A DNA stretch of 64,000 nucleotides from Candidatus Poribacteria bacterium. GTDB lineage: Bacteria > Poribacteria > WGA-4E > PCPOR2b. Shown piece by piece: positions 1 to 9,584 of this stretch. The stretch covers positions 1,088,001 through 1,152,000 of the forward strand of contig OZ244587.1 of the NCBI GenBank assembly GCA_965218095.1, read 5' to 3'. Within the stretch, counting starts at the first letter, position 1, and the number at the start of each line of letters is the position of its first letter. The position numbers and the translations under genes were made by a program. The notes beneath the pieces are model-generated. The model had not been told where the DNA came from and ran no database searches. It worked only from the letters and a program-made list of their open reading frames with translations.

Positions 1-1139
1 TCAAAGAAGCCACGCCAATTGCCGCTGCACTTGGATACCCGGTTATAGTACGTCCTTCGTACGTTTTGGGGGGACGGGCGATGCAGATTGTCTATGACCA
101 AGATGCTCTGGAAGCGTATATGGATTCGGCGGTCGCAGCCTCCCCCGAACATCCCGTATTAATTGACAAGTATTTAGAGGATGCCATTGAAGTTGACGTT
201 GATGCGATTTCCGACGGGAACCGCACCATCATTGGCGGGATCATGGAACATATCGAGGAGGCAGGAATCCACTCTGGAGACAGCGACTGTGTGCTGCCGC
301 CTTACACGCTTGTTGAGGAGCAGATCGATACGCTCAAGGAGTATACTGACGCGCTTGCAAAGGCACTCAACGTGCGCGGGTTGATGAATATACAGTATGC
401 GATAAAAAACGATGAGATTTATGTGTTGGAAGTCAACCCACGGGCGTCGCGTACCGTACCGTTTGTGAGTAAGACCATTGGGGTGCCGTTGGCAAAGCTC
501 GCCGCCCGCATCATGACGGGGCGTACCCTTGATGAACTTGGATTTACGAAGGAGATTGAGCCAGATTATTTTTCGGTGAAGGCTCCCGTGTTTCCGTTCA
601 ACCGCTTTCCGGGGGCAAATTCTCAGCTTGGACCTGAGATGAAATCGACAGGCGAGGTGATGGGGATCGATACGGACCTGAGTATCGCCTTTGCCAAAGC
701 GCAACAGGCGGTAGGGTATCAATTGCCCCTTAACGGTCGAGCCTTCATCAGCGTAAAAAATAAGGATAAGCGTGCGATTATTTTCATCGCCAAAAAGCTG
801 ATTGATATGGGCTTTCAACTGATCGCCACGCACGGCACAGCGAAGGTGCTTCGTCGTAACGGCATTGAAGTAACACTGGTCCATAGTATAGGCAAGGGGC
901 GTCCAACAATCCACGATTATGTAAAAAACCACGCTGTCAATCTGATTATCAATACACCGACCGGATATGCACATCGTCCGAATGAGGAATTAATTCGGCA
1001 AATGGCAATTGATTATGGGATTACCCTATTTTCTACAATCGCAGGTGCGTCAGCCGCAATCAATGGCATTGATGCGCTCCGCCGTGGAGAAATCACTGTG
1101 ACCCCATTACAGGATTATTACGTGAAACGTGAAACGTGA
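1..1139 (+). CDS. carB: Carbamoyl-phosphate synthase large subunit, C-terminal part (5' truncated by window edge)
   Basis: Frame open from the window start: GYPVIVRPSYVLGGRAM, EHIEEAGIHSGDS, EVNPRASRTVPFVSK, GPEMKSTGEVMG, C-terminal MGS domain (ATHGTA..L). Confidence 0.97.
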   Translation, partial: KEATPIAAALGYPVIVRPSYVLGGRAMQIVYDQDALEAYMDSAVAASPEHPVLIDKYLEDAIEVDVDAISDGNRTIIGGIMEHIEEAGIHSGDSDCVLPPYTLVEEQIDTLKEYTDALAKALNVRGLMNIQYAIKNDEIYVLEVNPRASRTVPFVSKTIGVPLAKLAARIMTGRTLDELGFTKEIEPDYFSVKAPVFPFNRFPGANSQLGPEMKSTGEVMGIDTDLSIAFAKAQQAVGYQLPLNGRAFISVKNKDKRAIIFIAKKLIDMGFQLIATHGTAKVLRRNGIEVTLVHSIGKGRPTIHDYVKNHAVNLIINTPTGYAHRPNEELIRQMAIDYGITLFSTIAGASAAINGIDALRRGEITVTPLQDYYVKRET

Positions 1140-1324
1140 GGCGTGAGGAAATGAGAGGGACTCAGGAGATAGAAAAAAAGGAGGAGAAAGGGAAGGATTC
1201 GTTGCACAACCCTCATGAGTTCGAAATCGCTTAAAGAAACCTTTTGGGAATTCGTAAAACAGAATGTACCAGACAAAAACTGGTATAACATGACACATTA
1301 CATATTTATGGAAAGGAGATAAAA

Positions 1325-2113
1325 ATGGCAAGAAATCAAGTTGAAAGAAACACACGCCTGGTTCGTGCGCTTGATGAGATTTTGGATAGTTTGGTGTTTG
1401 ACGCCGCCCACCCGGTGAAGGTTGTGAGGTTGGCGGAGGGGAAAGAAGTGGTTATTGTGCAGTCAAATGCGTTCACAATATCACGCATCTACACCTCGGG
1501 GCGTCCCGATGGCAAGAAACCACATGGGCGAGATTCCTACTATGAGTACTTTCGTGAACAGCTTGAAGACTATAAACAGCAGCACGAAAGCGACGAAGGG
1601 TTTGGGCTAACGCCAGAAGATTGGCGTGTCTTATTTCAGGAATCTTACGACAGGTATACTCGGTACCTGTTGTTTGCGGGGATTAAACGGTGGGCTGATG
1701 TCAAACGGGACACCGAAACGAATCTCGCAGTCACGAATATGGCACGCAAATATGCACCTCCCAACATCGCATGGGAAAGCTACCAATACAAAGGCTATAT
1801 GCTCATGATGAATAGTATGGCGAATGCAGAACTTTGCCTTAGGGAGAACGACCATCAAGGCGCATTGCAGCAAGTAGATTCGGGAATCCAACGCATCGGG
1901 CAATTCTGCGGTGAATGTTTACGGGAGGGCTACGGCGATGCGGAAAACGTCACACGTGAACGCTATCTGAGCAACTTGATTGAGTTTCGATCCGATCTTG
2001 AGTCGGTGGAAGAGGGATTAGAAAGACAGCGGGCGCGTCACGAAGGTGATGAAGATGAAGCGGATTTCCTGGAGGAGTTAGAGGAACTTTTGGATGAGGA
2101 AAGCGATAATTAA
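1325..2113 (+). CDS. Conserved hypothetical protein (GRPDG..PHG motif; resembles planctomycete proteins annotated as UvrB/UvrC-motif proteins), acidic tail
   Basis: 262 aa ORF with AAGGAG RBS; SGRPDGKKPHG and F.ESYDRYTRY motifs. Confidence 0.6.
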   Translation: MARNQVERNTRLVRALDEILDSLVFDAAHPVKVVRLAEGKEVVIVQSNAFTISRIYTSGRPDGKKPHGRDSYYEYFREQLEDYKQQHESDEGFGLTPEDWRVLFQESYDRYTRYLLFAGIKRWADVKRDTETNLAVTNMARKYAPPNIAWESYQYKGYMLMMNSMANAELCLRENDHQGALQQVDSGIQRIGQFCGECLREGYGDAENVTRERYLSNLIEFRSDLESVEEGLERQRARHEGDEDEADFLEELEELLDEESDN

Positions 2114-2156
2114 AAGGATTGACGCAAGATTTTTGCCTCGTAACTTCAACTGAAAG

Positions 2157-2606
2157 ATGAAGACGCATACCTTGAAAACCAAACAGTGGCTTCCTCGCCC
2201 GCTAGATGAGGTATTCTTATTCTTCGCAAACGCGCATAATTTGGAAGCCATCACTCCACCATGGCTGCACTTTAAGTTACTCACCCTTCCACCAATTGAG
2301 ATGAAACAGGGGACGTTAATCAACTATCGCCTGCGGCCGCATGGTGTGCCGATGCGCTGGCAAAGTGAGATAACGTCCTGGAATCCGCCTCACGACTTCG
2401 TGGACGAGCAGCGCCGTGGCCCTTATCGGCTTTGGATTCATAAGCACACTTTTGTTCAGTGCAATGGCGGTACGCTCATCGAAGACAAGGCCAGATATGC
2501 CGTATATGGCGGCGCCCTCATCCAAAATTTTCTCGTTGCCCCTGATCTGAAAAAGATCTTTGATTATCGGCGCCATAAACTCCAGCAGATCTTTGGCGAG
2601 GGGTGA
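2157..2606 (+). CDS. SRPBCC-family (cyclase/dehydrase-like) protein
   Basis: PLDEVFLFFANAHNLEAITPPWLHF, FVDEQRRGPYRLWIHKHTF motifs. Confidence 0.88.
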   Translation: MKTHTLKTKQWLPRPLDEVFLFFANAHNLEAITPPWLHFKLLTLPPIEMKQGTLINYRLRPHGVPMRWQSEITSWNPPHDFVDEQRRGPYRLWIHKHTFVQCNGGTLIEDKARYAVYGGALIQNFLVAPDLKKIFDYRRHKLQQIFGEG

Positions 2607-2664
2607 ATCTCCGAATGGGAGCGTCGACGAATCATCTTACGAATGACGCTATTCGTTTCACACA

Positions 2665-4116
2665 TTACGCATGACTTCTGGCAAGATACGCCTTCAGGTG
2701 CGACACGGCACGACCACTGTCAATCGCTTCTCTTGTTCGTTCAATCGCTTCGCGTGGATCGGGGCAAAGTCCCAACAGATAGTCGGTCACCGCTGTGTTG
2801 AGCACGAGTCGATCGTATATCTGTCCTTTCTGACCGGATAACGCCCCCATCCCTACCTCCGCAAACGCTTCAGGATTCACCGTTTTCAGACGCGGATTTT
2901 TCTCATAGTTGAATCCGAAGGCTTTCGGATCTAGATCTAAAGCAAAATTGTCTTGCTGTTCGCCGACCCGCCGAAACCCCTGGGAATAATTCACCGCTTG
3001 TCGAACTACTGTCGAGGGATTTCCCAAACGCAAGGCGTAATGGCTTGTTCCTTCCTCCCCTTTTACCACGAGTCCAGCTTGAAAGCCACGCTCCCGTATC
3101 AAACGAAGCAGCGGTTCTTCGTAGCCAGGGTGGTAATACCCGATGACCATGTAATTTGCTCTGGAAGCGGAAAAGAGTTGCTGCGCTTTTTCCGTCGCAG
3201 CCCAGGGCGGACGCTTTTTGATATGAACGCGCAGTTCTCGGATACCGTAGCTGCCGGGAGAATATTCCCGTTGGCTCACATAGGCGAATCCAACTTCCGG
3301 ATCTTCGATTAAAGCTGCAGCTTCCTCAAGCGAGAGATCCGTGCGGGCGCCAAGCGACCGCAGGACCTTCTCCTCTGTGACCCCATTTTTCGGCGGCATC
3401 TCATCGACGCCATGCAGCACCGAAGCCTCTCCTAGAGCCGCTCGCACGGCTGCGATAAACAGCGTCGGTCTAAAGTATCGCGTCGAACCGTCGAACGGTT
3501 CGCCAAAATGTGTCAGCGAATCGACGGAAACCGGTCGCACCTGCTCTGGGCTGAAAACAGCGTCTAAATATCCACGCACTTCGTCGTAGGTTTCAAGGTT
3601 CATACGCTGCCCGATGAGGGCTGCCCCCTTCAGTGCCTCCTTCACGTGTCCATTCAGGATAGCTTTCCCCATTCGCAACGTTTCATCATAGGTCAAGTGC
3701 CCCCCCTGCAAAATCTTTTCGAGGGCTTTAAGGACAACCTCTTCCTCGATATTTGCGGGTTTATACTCCAAATCTGGCTGCATGATGAACTTTATCTCTG
3801 GGGGCATAAATCTTTCTAAATCCGCGCCGTACTTGTCGAAAGCCGCAATCTCCGCTTCGCTCCACTGTGTTTCTTTCGGAAAGTCCTTCCGAATCGTCAT
3901 CGCAGCGAAAAACGCCCCCATTTGAGCTCCCGAAACAGTCTGATCATCGGGCGCCTCTCCCCTGACCGATCTCAGGATGGTCTCAAGAATCGCTGCTGGC
4001 TGGATTGCATCCGCTGCTTTTACGCCCAATGGTCTTGTCTGGTGTGGCCCAGTGCAAACTCTCGCCTGGGCTTCTAGGACATCTTCATTGGGATCTGGAT
4101 ATTGTTTTTTGTACAT
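2665..4116 (-). CDS. Anthranilate phosphoribosyltransferase-like (glycosyltransferase family 3 / YbiB-like) protein
   Basis: AQMGAFFAAM N-terminal helical domain; HFGEPFDGSTRYF, LHGVDEMPPKNGVT, VVKGEEGT, C-terminal AIDSGRA. Confidence 0.75.
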   Translation of the reverse strand: MYKKQYPDPNEDVLEAQARVCTGPHQTRPLGVKAADAIQPAAILETILRSVRGEAPDDQTVSGAQMGAFFAAMTIRKDFPKETQWSEAEIAAFDKYGADLERFMPPEIKFIMQPDLEYKPANIEEEVVLKALEKILQGGHLTYDETLRMGKAILNGHVKEALKGAALIGQRMNLETYDEVRGYLDAVFSPEQVRPVSVDSLTHFGEPFDGSTRYFRPTLFIAAVRAALGEASVLHGVDEMPPKNGVTEEKVLRSLGARTDLSLEEAAALIEDPEVGFAYVSQREYSPGSYGIRELRVHIKKRPPWAATEKAQQLFSASRANYMVIGYYHPGYEEPLLRLIRERGFQAGLVVKGEEGTSHYALRLGNPSTVVRQAVNYSQGFRRVGEQQDNFALDLDPKAFGFNYEKNPRLKTVNPEAFAEVGMGALSGQKGQIYDRLVLNTAVTDYLLGLCPDPREAIERTREAIDSGRAVSHLKAYLARSHA

Positions 4117-4152
4117 GGTTTTTCCCTCCTCTGGGTGGTTCTGAGAAGTATT

Positions 4153-4292
4153 TAGGACTTACGCAGTTACGATAAGAAACCAGCGTGTTTTCTGTATCTG
4201 GCATCATGTATCCTGTACTCGTGTTGGATTCAAGATTCAAGAAGCAGCAAGGATTTGAAGTGAACCTGCAATGTGCATATGCGTAAGTCCTG
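4153..4292. mobile_element. 140-bp MITE (non-autonomous IS derivative)
   Basis: Terminal inverted repeats TAGGACTTACGCA (4153-4165) / TGCGTAAGTCCTG (4280-4292), flanked by 5-bp direct repeat GTATT (4148-4152, 4293-4297). Confidence 0.85.
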
Positions 4293-4294
4293 GT

Positions 4295-4323
4295 ATTATA
4301 ACACAGTTCTATGTGATTGGTAA
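4295..4323 (-). promoter_or_regulatory. Putative sigma70 promoter (extended -10) for the 4116 gene
   Basis: Minus strand TTACCA-17 bp-TATAAT with TGt extension (TGTTATAAT). Confidence 0.55.
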
Positions 4324-4343
4324 ATGATGTAGAATTCCTTTCC

Positions 4344-4372
4344 TTGACAGGAGAAAAGCTGTATGCTATACT
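4344..4372 (+). promoter_or_regulatory. Sigma70-type promoter
   Basis: TTGACA-17 bp-TATACT with TGc extended -10. Confidence 0.7.
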
Positions 4373-4427
4373 CCTCCACATCGAGCATCTACCTTCTCGA
4401 AATTCCGCCTGAAAACAGGAACGCATT

Positions 4428-4852
4428 ATGCATCCTAAACACACGACCTTTTCACTCCTTTTTTCTCTACTGCCGCTCTCGGCGATTGCCTCTGCTCAGG
4501 AACCGGCAACAAAAGCCGATCTGCAAGCATTAGAATTGAAGCTGACTAATCAGATGACGGAGATGGGTAAACGCCTCACCGGTCAGATTGCAGCACTAGA
4601 CAAACGCCTGACCACCCGAATTGACGTGTTGTTTTGGGCAATGAGCGCGTTAATCGGAATCGTCTTAGCCGTAATTGCCTTCAAGTTTTAGGATATTTTC
4701 AAGGAAAGCGGGAGCGCGCCGATTTGCAAACGCAGATCGAAGAACAGCGTGTTGATATGCAGAAGATGGTTGAAGAATTGAACCAGCGTGTTGAACAACA
4801 GCAGCAGGAAATTGAGGAATTGAAATCCCGAAGAATTGTGACGCCCTCTTGA
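4428..4852 (+). pseudogene. Frameshifted signal-peptide/coiled-coil/TM protein (ATKADL, DUF1640-like)
   Basis: ORF 4428-4691 (signal peptide, ATKADLQALE, TM helix) continues in another frame (VLGYFQGKRERADLQ, coiled coil) to 4852; shift near 4680. Confidence 0.6.
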
Positions 4853-5021
4853 TCGATGAAAACAGAAACGCCCCTATTACGCATTACGCAGCACATTGAG
4901 ATCAGATCTTTTTCTTGAAACTCCCCGACATCTGTGTTACAATCTGAATTTCCTGAAATCACAAGTTGTGCGAATTACTCAATGGATATTATCACCCAAC
5001 ACATTGATGAGCGACACTGTT

Positions 5022-6494
5022 ATGAGAAATTCGAGAAAAGCGTTACTGCGCTTCACAGCTTTGGGGCTTCTCCCGTTCTGCATAACAACTGCGGCATCTG
5101 CCCAGACTGCCGAGCAGATTGCGGAGCGAGCGTTAGCGGCTACAGCGTATTTAGAGATGACTGATAGGAACGGCAAAACTCTTGGATTTGGCAGCGGCTT
5201 CGTCGTTGACCAGAGCCAGATTGCAACCAACTTCCACGTTATCGAAGGAGCGGCAAAAGGAACTGCAAAGCTGGTTGGCAAAACCACGAAATATACTATC
5301 GAAGGCATATCCGCAATTGATGAGAAAAATGACCTCGCCATCCTAAAGGTCAAGGGATTTGGGGGTGAACCACTCCCCCTTGGCGACAGCGATACGGTTA
5401 AAATTGACCAAACGGTTTACGTCGCAGGCAATCCGAAAGGATTGGAAGGTACGTTTTCAGATGGCATCATCAGTGACCTCGTCGCCCCAAAGTTCTATAT
5501 GATTCCAGAACAATCCTACATAATAACTGCGCCCATTTCTCCGGGGGGTAATGGGGGGGCCGTGCTAAACGGAAGCGGCGAAGTCATAGGTGTTTCTTTG
5601 CGGTTCACTATATACATGCACACGTACACGTTGGCCATTCCTTCAAATTATCTCAAGGAGTTACTCGCTTGGTCAGGGGAGACAAAACCTTTGTCACAGG
5701 ACGAACAATCCATATCCACCAAAACCCATTTTATTAGAGGTTGTGTAAACAACGAGCTAGGTAACTATAATGAAGCCGTTGCAGCCTATACACAGGCAAT
5801 CTGTCTCGGCTTTGATTATGACTTTGTCTACACCGGGCGGGGAAAAGCGAAGGATAAATTAGGACAATACTTCACCGCTATCACCGATTATGATACTGCT
5901 ATACGACTCAGACCCAATTTTGGCTATGCTTATCTCAGGCGGGGTAGCGCGAAGGCTGCATTAAAACAATACTTCACCGCTATCACCGATTACGATACCG
6001 TTATACGACTTAACCCGGATTCTACCCTAGCTGTCACGGCTTACATCAAGCGGGGACAGGCGAAGGATAGCTTAGGACAATACTTCACCGCTATCACCGA
6101 TTATGATACTGCTATACGACTCAGACCCAATTCTGACTATGCTTATCTCAATCGGGGTAATGCGAAGGCTGCATTAAAACAACACGCCGCCGCCATCGAA
6201 GACTACGACAAGGCAATCCAGCTTGAACCCGATGATGCCTCTGCCTACATCAATCGGGGAAGATTGAAGGCTATTTTAGAACAATACCTCGCTGCCATCG
6301 CAGACTGTGACAAGGCAATCCAACTTGAACCGAATAATGCCAGAGCTTATTGCATTCGGGGAATTACAAAGGATCTACTGGGGCACACTTGGGAAGGGAA
6401 GCAAGATCTCCGAACTGCATTGCAGCTTGCGAAACAGGCCGGCGATGAGGGTCTCAAAGATGAAATCGAGAAAATGCTTAAGATGTTCGACTAG
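5022..6494 (+). CDS. Secreted trypsin-like (S1) protease-fold protein with TPR repeats; catalytic Ser apparently replaced
   Basis: Signal peptide; GFGSGFVV..ATNFHV, DLAIL, GNPKGLEGTFSDGIIS, ISPGGNGG; about 7 TPR repeats (AY..RG.AK..L.QY..AI.DYD.AI.L.P). Confidence 0.85.
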   Translation: MRNSRKALLRFTALGLLPFCITTAASAQTAEQIAERALAATAYLEMTDRNGKTLGFGSGFVVDQSQIATNFHVIEGAAKGTAKLVGKTTKYTIEGISAIDEKNDLAILKVKGFGGEPLPLGDSDTVKIDQTVYVAGNPKGLEGTFSDGIISDLVAPKFYMIPEQSYIITAPISPGGNGGAVLNGSGEVIGVSLRFTIYMHTYTLAIPSNYLKELLAWSGETKPLSQDEQSISTKTHFIRGCVNNELGNYNEAVAAYTQAICLGFDYDFVYTGRGKAKDKLGQYFTAITDYDTAIRLRPNFGYAYLRRGSAKAALKQYFTAITDYDTVIRLNPDSTLAVTAYIKRGQAKDSLGQYFTAITDYDTAIRLRPNSDYAYLNRGNAKAALKQHAAAIEDYDKAIQLEPDDASAYINRGRLKAILEQYLAAIADCDKAIQLEPNNARAYCIRGITKDLLGHTWEGKQDLRTALQLAKQAGDEGLKDEIEKMLKMFD

Positions 6495-6630
6495 ATTCTG
6501 TTGACATTTGACGAATTGAACCATTACTGATGCACCTTGCAGTGATTTCGGACAACTGCCCCGGTTTTTGGTGGGGCACCCGATGATTACAGCGTTTCCC
6601 GAATTCGTGACAGCAAATGTCAACACGCCC
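6494..6630. mobile_element. 137-bp MITE with ends related to the IS5-family elements of this window
   Basis: Ends GATTCTGTTGACATTTG / CAAATGTCAACACGCCC resemble the IS5 TIR GGTTCTGTTGACATTT; TA duplication (6492-6493, 6631-6632) at a CTAG site. Confidence 0.85.
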
Positions 6631-6735
6631 TAGCAAGATCTGAAACATAGGGAAGTTTCCCGGAGGTTCTGTGCTTAAAATTCAGTTGTTTTTCGGGGTG
6701 AAATTGGGATCGAGATTTGTTACAGAACAGGTAAT

Positions 6736-8259
6736 ATGAGTAATCAAGTTCCAGACAAAAATTATGTTTATAGTGCTTTATTGCGCTACAATTACCTACC
6801 TATCGGCAAAGTACGCCCGGACGAGATACCGTCCAAAATCTTTTCTACCGAAGATTTCACGCCCAAAGTAGCTGATGAAATGCTTAAACAATATGGAGGA
6901 AAGCTAAAAAAGAAAGGATATGATCAGATAGAATACCGTGCAACTCGTTTTAATAAAGTGACGCGGCTTATGCATATTCCGCATCCACTGCCCTATGCGC
7001 GCTTATGCAAATGCCTATCAGACAACTGGGATAAACTCTCACATATATGTGAAAATCCCAACAGCGGCTTGAAGCCTGCGCGACATGATAATGGCAAACT
7101 GATAATGAGGAATTATGAACATATAGAGGACGAACAATTCCCAGGACTAAGGTTACGATTAGAGATTTCGACGGGTAAATTTTACCGGGTTGAAGCGGAT
7201 ATTTCATCATTTTTTCCTTCCATTTATACGCATTCAATCCCATGGGCACTCGTTGGACAACAGAAAGCAAAATCAAATTGGAATCCCAACGAATGGTATA
7301 ATAAGCTTGATAAAGTACAGCAAAACTTAAAAAGAAAAGAAACACGAGGAATACCTATTGGGCCGGCTACTTCAAATATTATATCCGAACTTATCCTATA
7401 CGAAGTTGATAAAGTATTACGTAAAAAGAACTATCAGTTTACGCGATATATTGATGATTATGAATGCTATTGCGAAACCCGGGAACAAGCAGAAAACTTT
7501 ATCCCGGACCTTGAGCGGGAATTACGGAAGTATCTCTTAGATCTTAACGCGGGGAAAGTGCGGACTGAGGAGTTACCTCTCGGGTTTCAAGCACAATGGG
7601 TGATTGCTTTGAGAAATCCTTTACCCTCTAAAAAGAAGCCCTCCCTTTGGGATATTATGAGTTTTCTGGATTCTGCAGTTGATTTACAAAAGCGTTATCC
7701 TGAAGGAAGTGTCTTGAAATATGCTGCACGTACGCTTGCTAACTCCAAGAAAAAGGAATTTGATAAAAACAGTGCTAGTTTTTTTCTGGAATACCTCATC
7801 GCGATAGCGGTTCACACGCCTAGCGTACTTCCAATTCTTTGCCAAGTAGCAAAGGAACATAACGTGGGTTCAAAATTGACAATTGAACCTGTTCTGAAGC
7901 AATCTATTAAGTTCCGGCGTTCTGATGCTATTTGTTGGTGTTTGTACTTCATGGGAATCTGCGGCCTAGCAGTTAGTGACAAACTTGCTACAGCTATCAT
8001 TGAGACGGAAGATTGTATGTCAATGGGGATGCTCATCGCCTTAAACCAACATCAAGAAAAGGTCTTTGATTTTCTTGGATACAAATTTAACTCCGCATCA
8101 AAATCAAAATATGACTATGACTATGACCAGTACTGGATTCTGATTCATGAATTAGCTCCAGACTGTCCCCAATTCAACCGTTACCGTGGAGAATCTGGAT
8201 TAAAATTTCTCAGAAAAAAGAATGTCCATTTTATAAAGCCGATAAATACAGAGACCTAA
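6736..8259 (+). CDS. RNA-directed DNA polymerase, UG/Abi class 1, DRT4-like anti-phage reverse transcriptase
   Basis: ADISSFFPSIYTHSIPWA, GIPIGPATSNIISELIL, FTRYIDDY; N-terminus LLRYNYLP...GYDQIEYRATRFN..R...IPHP..Y; helical C-terminal extension; AT-rich. Confidence 0.85.
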   Translation: MSNQVPDKNYVYSALLRYNYLPIGKVRPDEIPSKIFSTEDFTPKVADEMLKQYGGKLKKKGYDQIEYRATRFNKVTRLMHIPHPLPYARLCKCLSDNWDKLSHICENPNSGLKPARHDNGKLIMRNYEHIEDEQFPGLRLRLEISTGKFYRVEADISSFFPSIYTHSIPWALVGQQKAKSNWNPNEWYNKLDKVQQNLKRKETRGIPIGPATSNIISELILYEVDKVLRKKNYQFTRYIDDYECYCETREQAENFIPDLERELRKYLLDLNAGKVRTEELPLGFQAQWVIALRNPLPSKKKPSLWDIMSFLDSAVDLQKRYPEGSVLKYAARTLANSKKKEFDKNSASFFLEYLIAIAVHTPSVLPILCQVAKEHNVGSKLTIEPVLKQSIKFRRSDAICWCLYFMGICGLAVSDKLATAIIETEDCMSMGMLIALNQHQEKVFDFLGYKFNSASKSKYDYDYDQYWILIHELAPDCPQFNRYRGESGLKFLRKKNVHFIKPINTET

Positions 8260-8315
8260 GGTCTGAAGTTCGCTTCATATGACGAGGATATAGAAATTCT
8301 GAGGATAACTACATA

Positions 8316-9578
8316 ATGAACAGATCACTGAGTGAAGTTGACCCACAGATTGTCCAGATTATGCTTCAAGATCTGGACCGGCTGCAAAATTGCCTGACAT
8401 TGATTCCTTCGGAAAATTATGTGAGTAAAGCGGTCATGCAGATGCAGGCGAGTGTTCTTACCAGTAAATACGCCGAAGGCACTCCTGGTGCTCGTTATTA
8501 CAACGGCTGTGCATTCGTAGACGGAGTGGAAAGCCTCGCAATCGATCGTGCGAAGCGGCTTTTCGGCGTTGAGCATGTCAACGTGCAGCCGCACGCCGGG
8601 AATTTAGCCAATATGGCAGCTTACCATGCGCTGCTTGAGCCGGGCGATACGATTCTGTCAATGAGACTCGATCACGGCGGTCATCTGAGTCATGGGCTTC
8701 CCCAGAATTTCTCAGGTAAATATTACAACGTCGTCCCTTACGGTGTTGACACGGAAACAGAGCGGATTAACATAAGTGCGATAGCCGAACTTGCGAAAGT
8801 GCACCAGCCCAAGCTAATTATCGTTGGCGGTAGTGCTTACCCACGCTGGTTCAATTTTTCGCAGTGGCGAGAAGTTGCAGATTCTGTTGGTGCATATCTC
8901 ATGGCGGACATCGCTCATATTGCGGGACTTATTGCCGCAGATGCGCATCCGGATCCGGCGGCTTACTGTGATGTAATCACCACAACGACTCACAAGACCC
9001 TGCGTGGTCCGCGTGGAGGGATCATCATGTCCAGAAATCAACTCGCTGAAGCAATTGATCGGGCGGTATTTCCGGGTATACAGGGCGGTCCCTTCATGCA
9101 CACCATTGCGGCGAAAGCGGTTGCCTTCAAAGAAGCCATGGAGCCAGCCTTCAGGGAATACCAAAGACAGGTCGTGAAAAACGCCAAGGCCCTTGCCAAA
9201 GCACTCTCCGAAAATGGATTTCGCCTAGTAAGCGGCGGCACGGACAACCACCTCATGCTGATCGATTTGACCGCGACATACAAGCAGTTGAGTGGGCGGC
9301 AAGCCGCAGACTACCTTGAGGGGGCAGGGATTATTGTCAACAAGAATACCATCCCGTTTGATAAACGGTCTGCGACCACAACGAGTGGGATTCGACTTGG
9401 CACGCCAATGGTGACAGCACGCGGAATGAAAGAGGCAGAGATGAAGTCGATTGCTGATTTCATTAGCGAAGTCCTCCAGGAACGAAGAAACAAAAAAGCC
9501 AAACAGCGCTTTAGAGAAAAAGTTCAGGAACTGTGTCAGCAATTTCCAATCTATGAAGATCTGAATCTGTGGACATGA
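8316..9578 (+). CDS. glyA: Serine hydroxymethyltransferase
   Basis: [50 protein letters not shown]. Confidence 0.97.
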   Translation: MNRSLSEVDPQIVQIMLQDLDRLQNCLTLIPSENYVSKAVMQMQASVLTSKYAEGTPGARYYNGCAFVDGVESLAIDRAKRLFGVEHVNVQPHAGNLANMAAYHALLEPGDTILSMRLDHGGHLSHGLPQNFSGKYYNVVPYGVDTETERINISAIAELAKVHQPKLIIVGGSAYPRWFNFSQWREVADSVGAYLMADIAHIAGLIAADAHPDPAAYCDVITTTTHKTLRGPRGGIIMSRNQLAEAIDRAVFPGIQGGPFMHTIAAKAVAFKEAMEPAFREYQRQVVKNAKALAKALSENGFRLVSGGTDNHLMLIDLTATYKQLSGRQAADYLEGAGIIVNKNTIPFDKRSATTTSGIRLGTPMVTARGMKEAEMKSIADFISEVLQERRNKKAKQRFREKVQELCQQFPIYEDLNLWT

Positions 9579-9584
9579 ATCACG

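Noticed and set aside
5837-6182. DGR template/variable repeat pair next to the RT
   Set aside because: Both copies are in-frame TPR units of one gene, mismatches are not confined to adenines of one copy (T/C, G/A, G/T occur), and the RT lacks DGR features and an avd gene
6494-8259. Canonical retron (msr-msd with a1/a2 repeats)
   Set aside because: The inverted repeats match IS5 TIRs with a TA duplication, and the RT shows no clear retron NAxxH/VTG signature; kept only as a speculative finding
6736-8259. Group II intron
   Set aside because: No GTPQGG/YADD motifs, maturase or HNH domain, and no recognisable domain V/VI downstream
8260-8315. Riboswitch upstream of glyA-folC
   Set aside because: Only 56 bp of intergenic sequence, with no ZTP, THF or glycine aptamer features recognised
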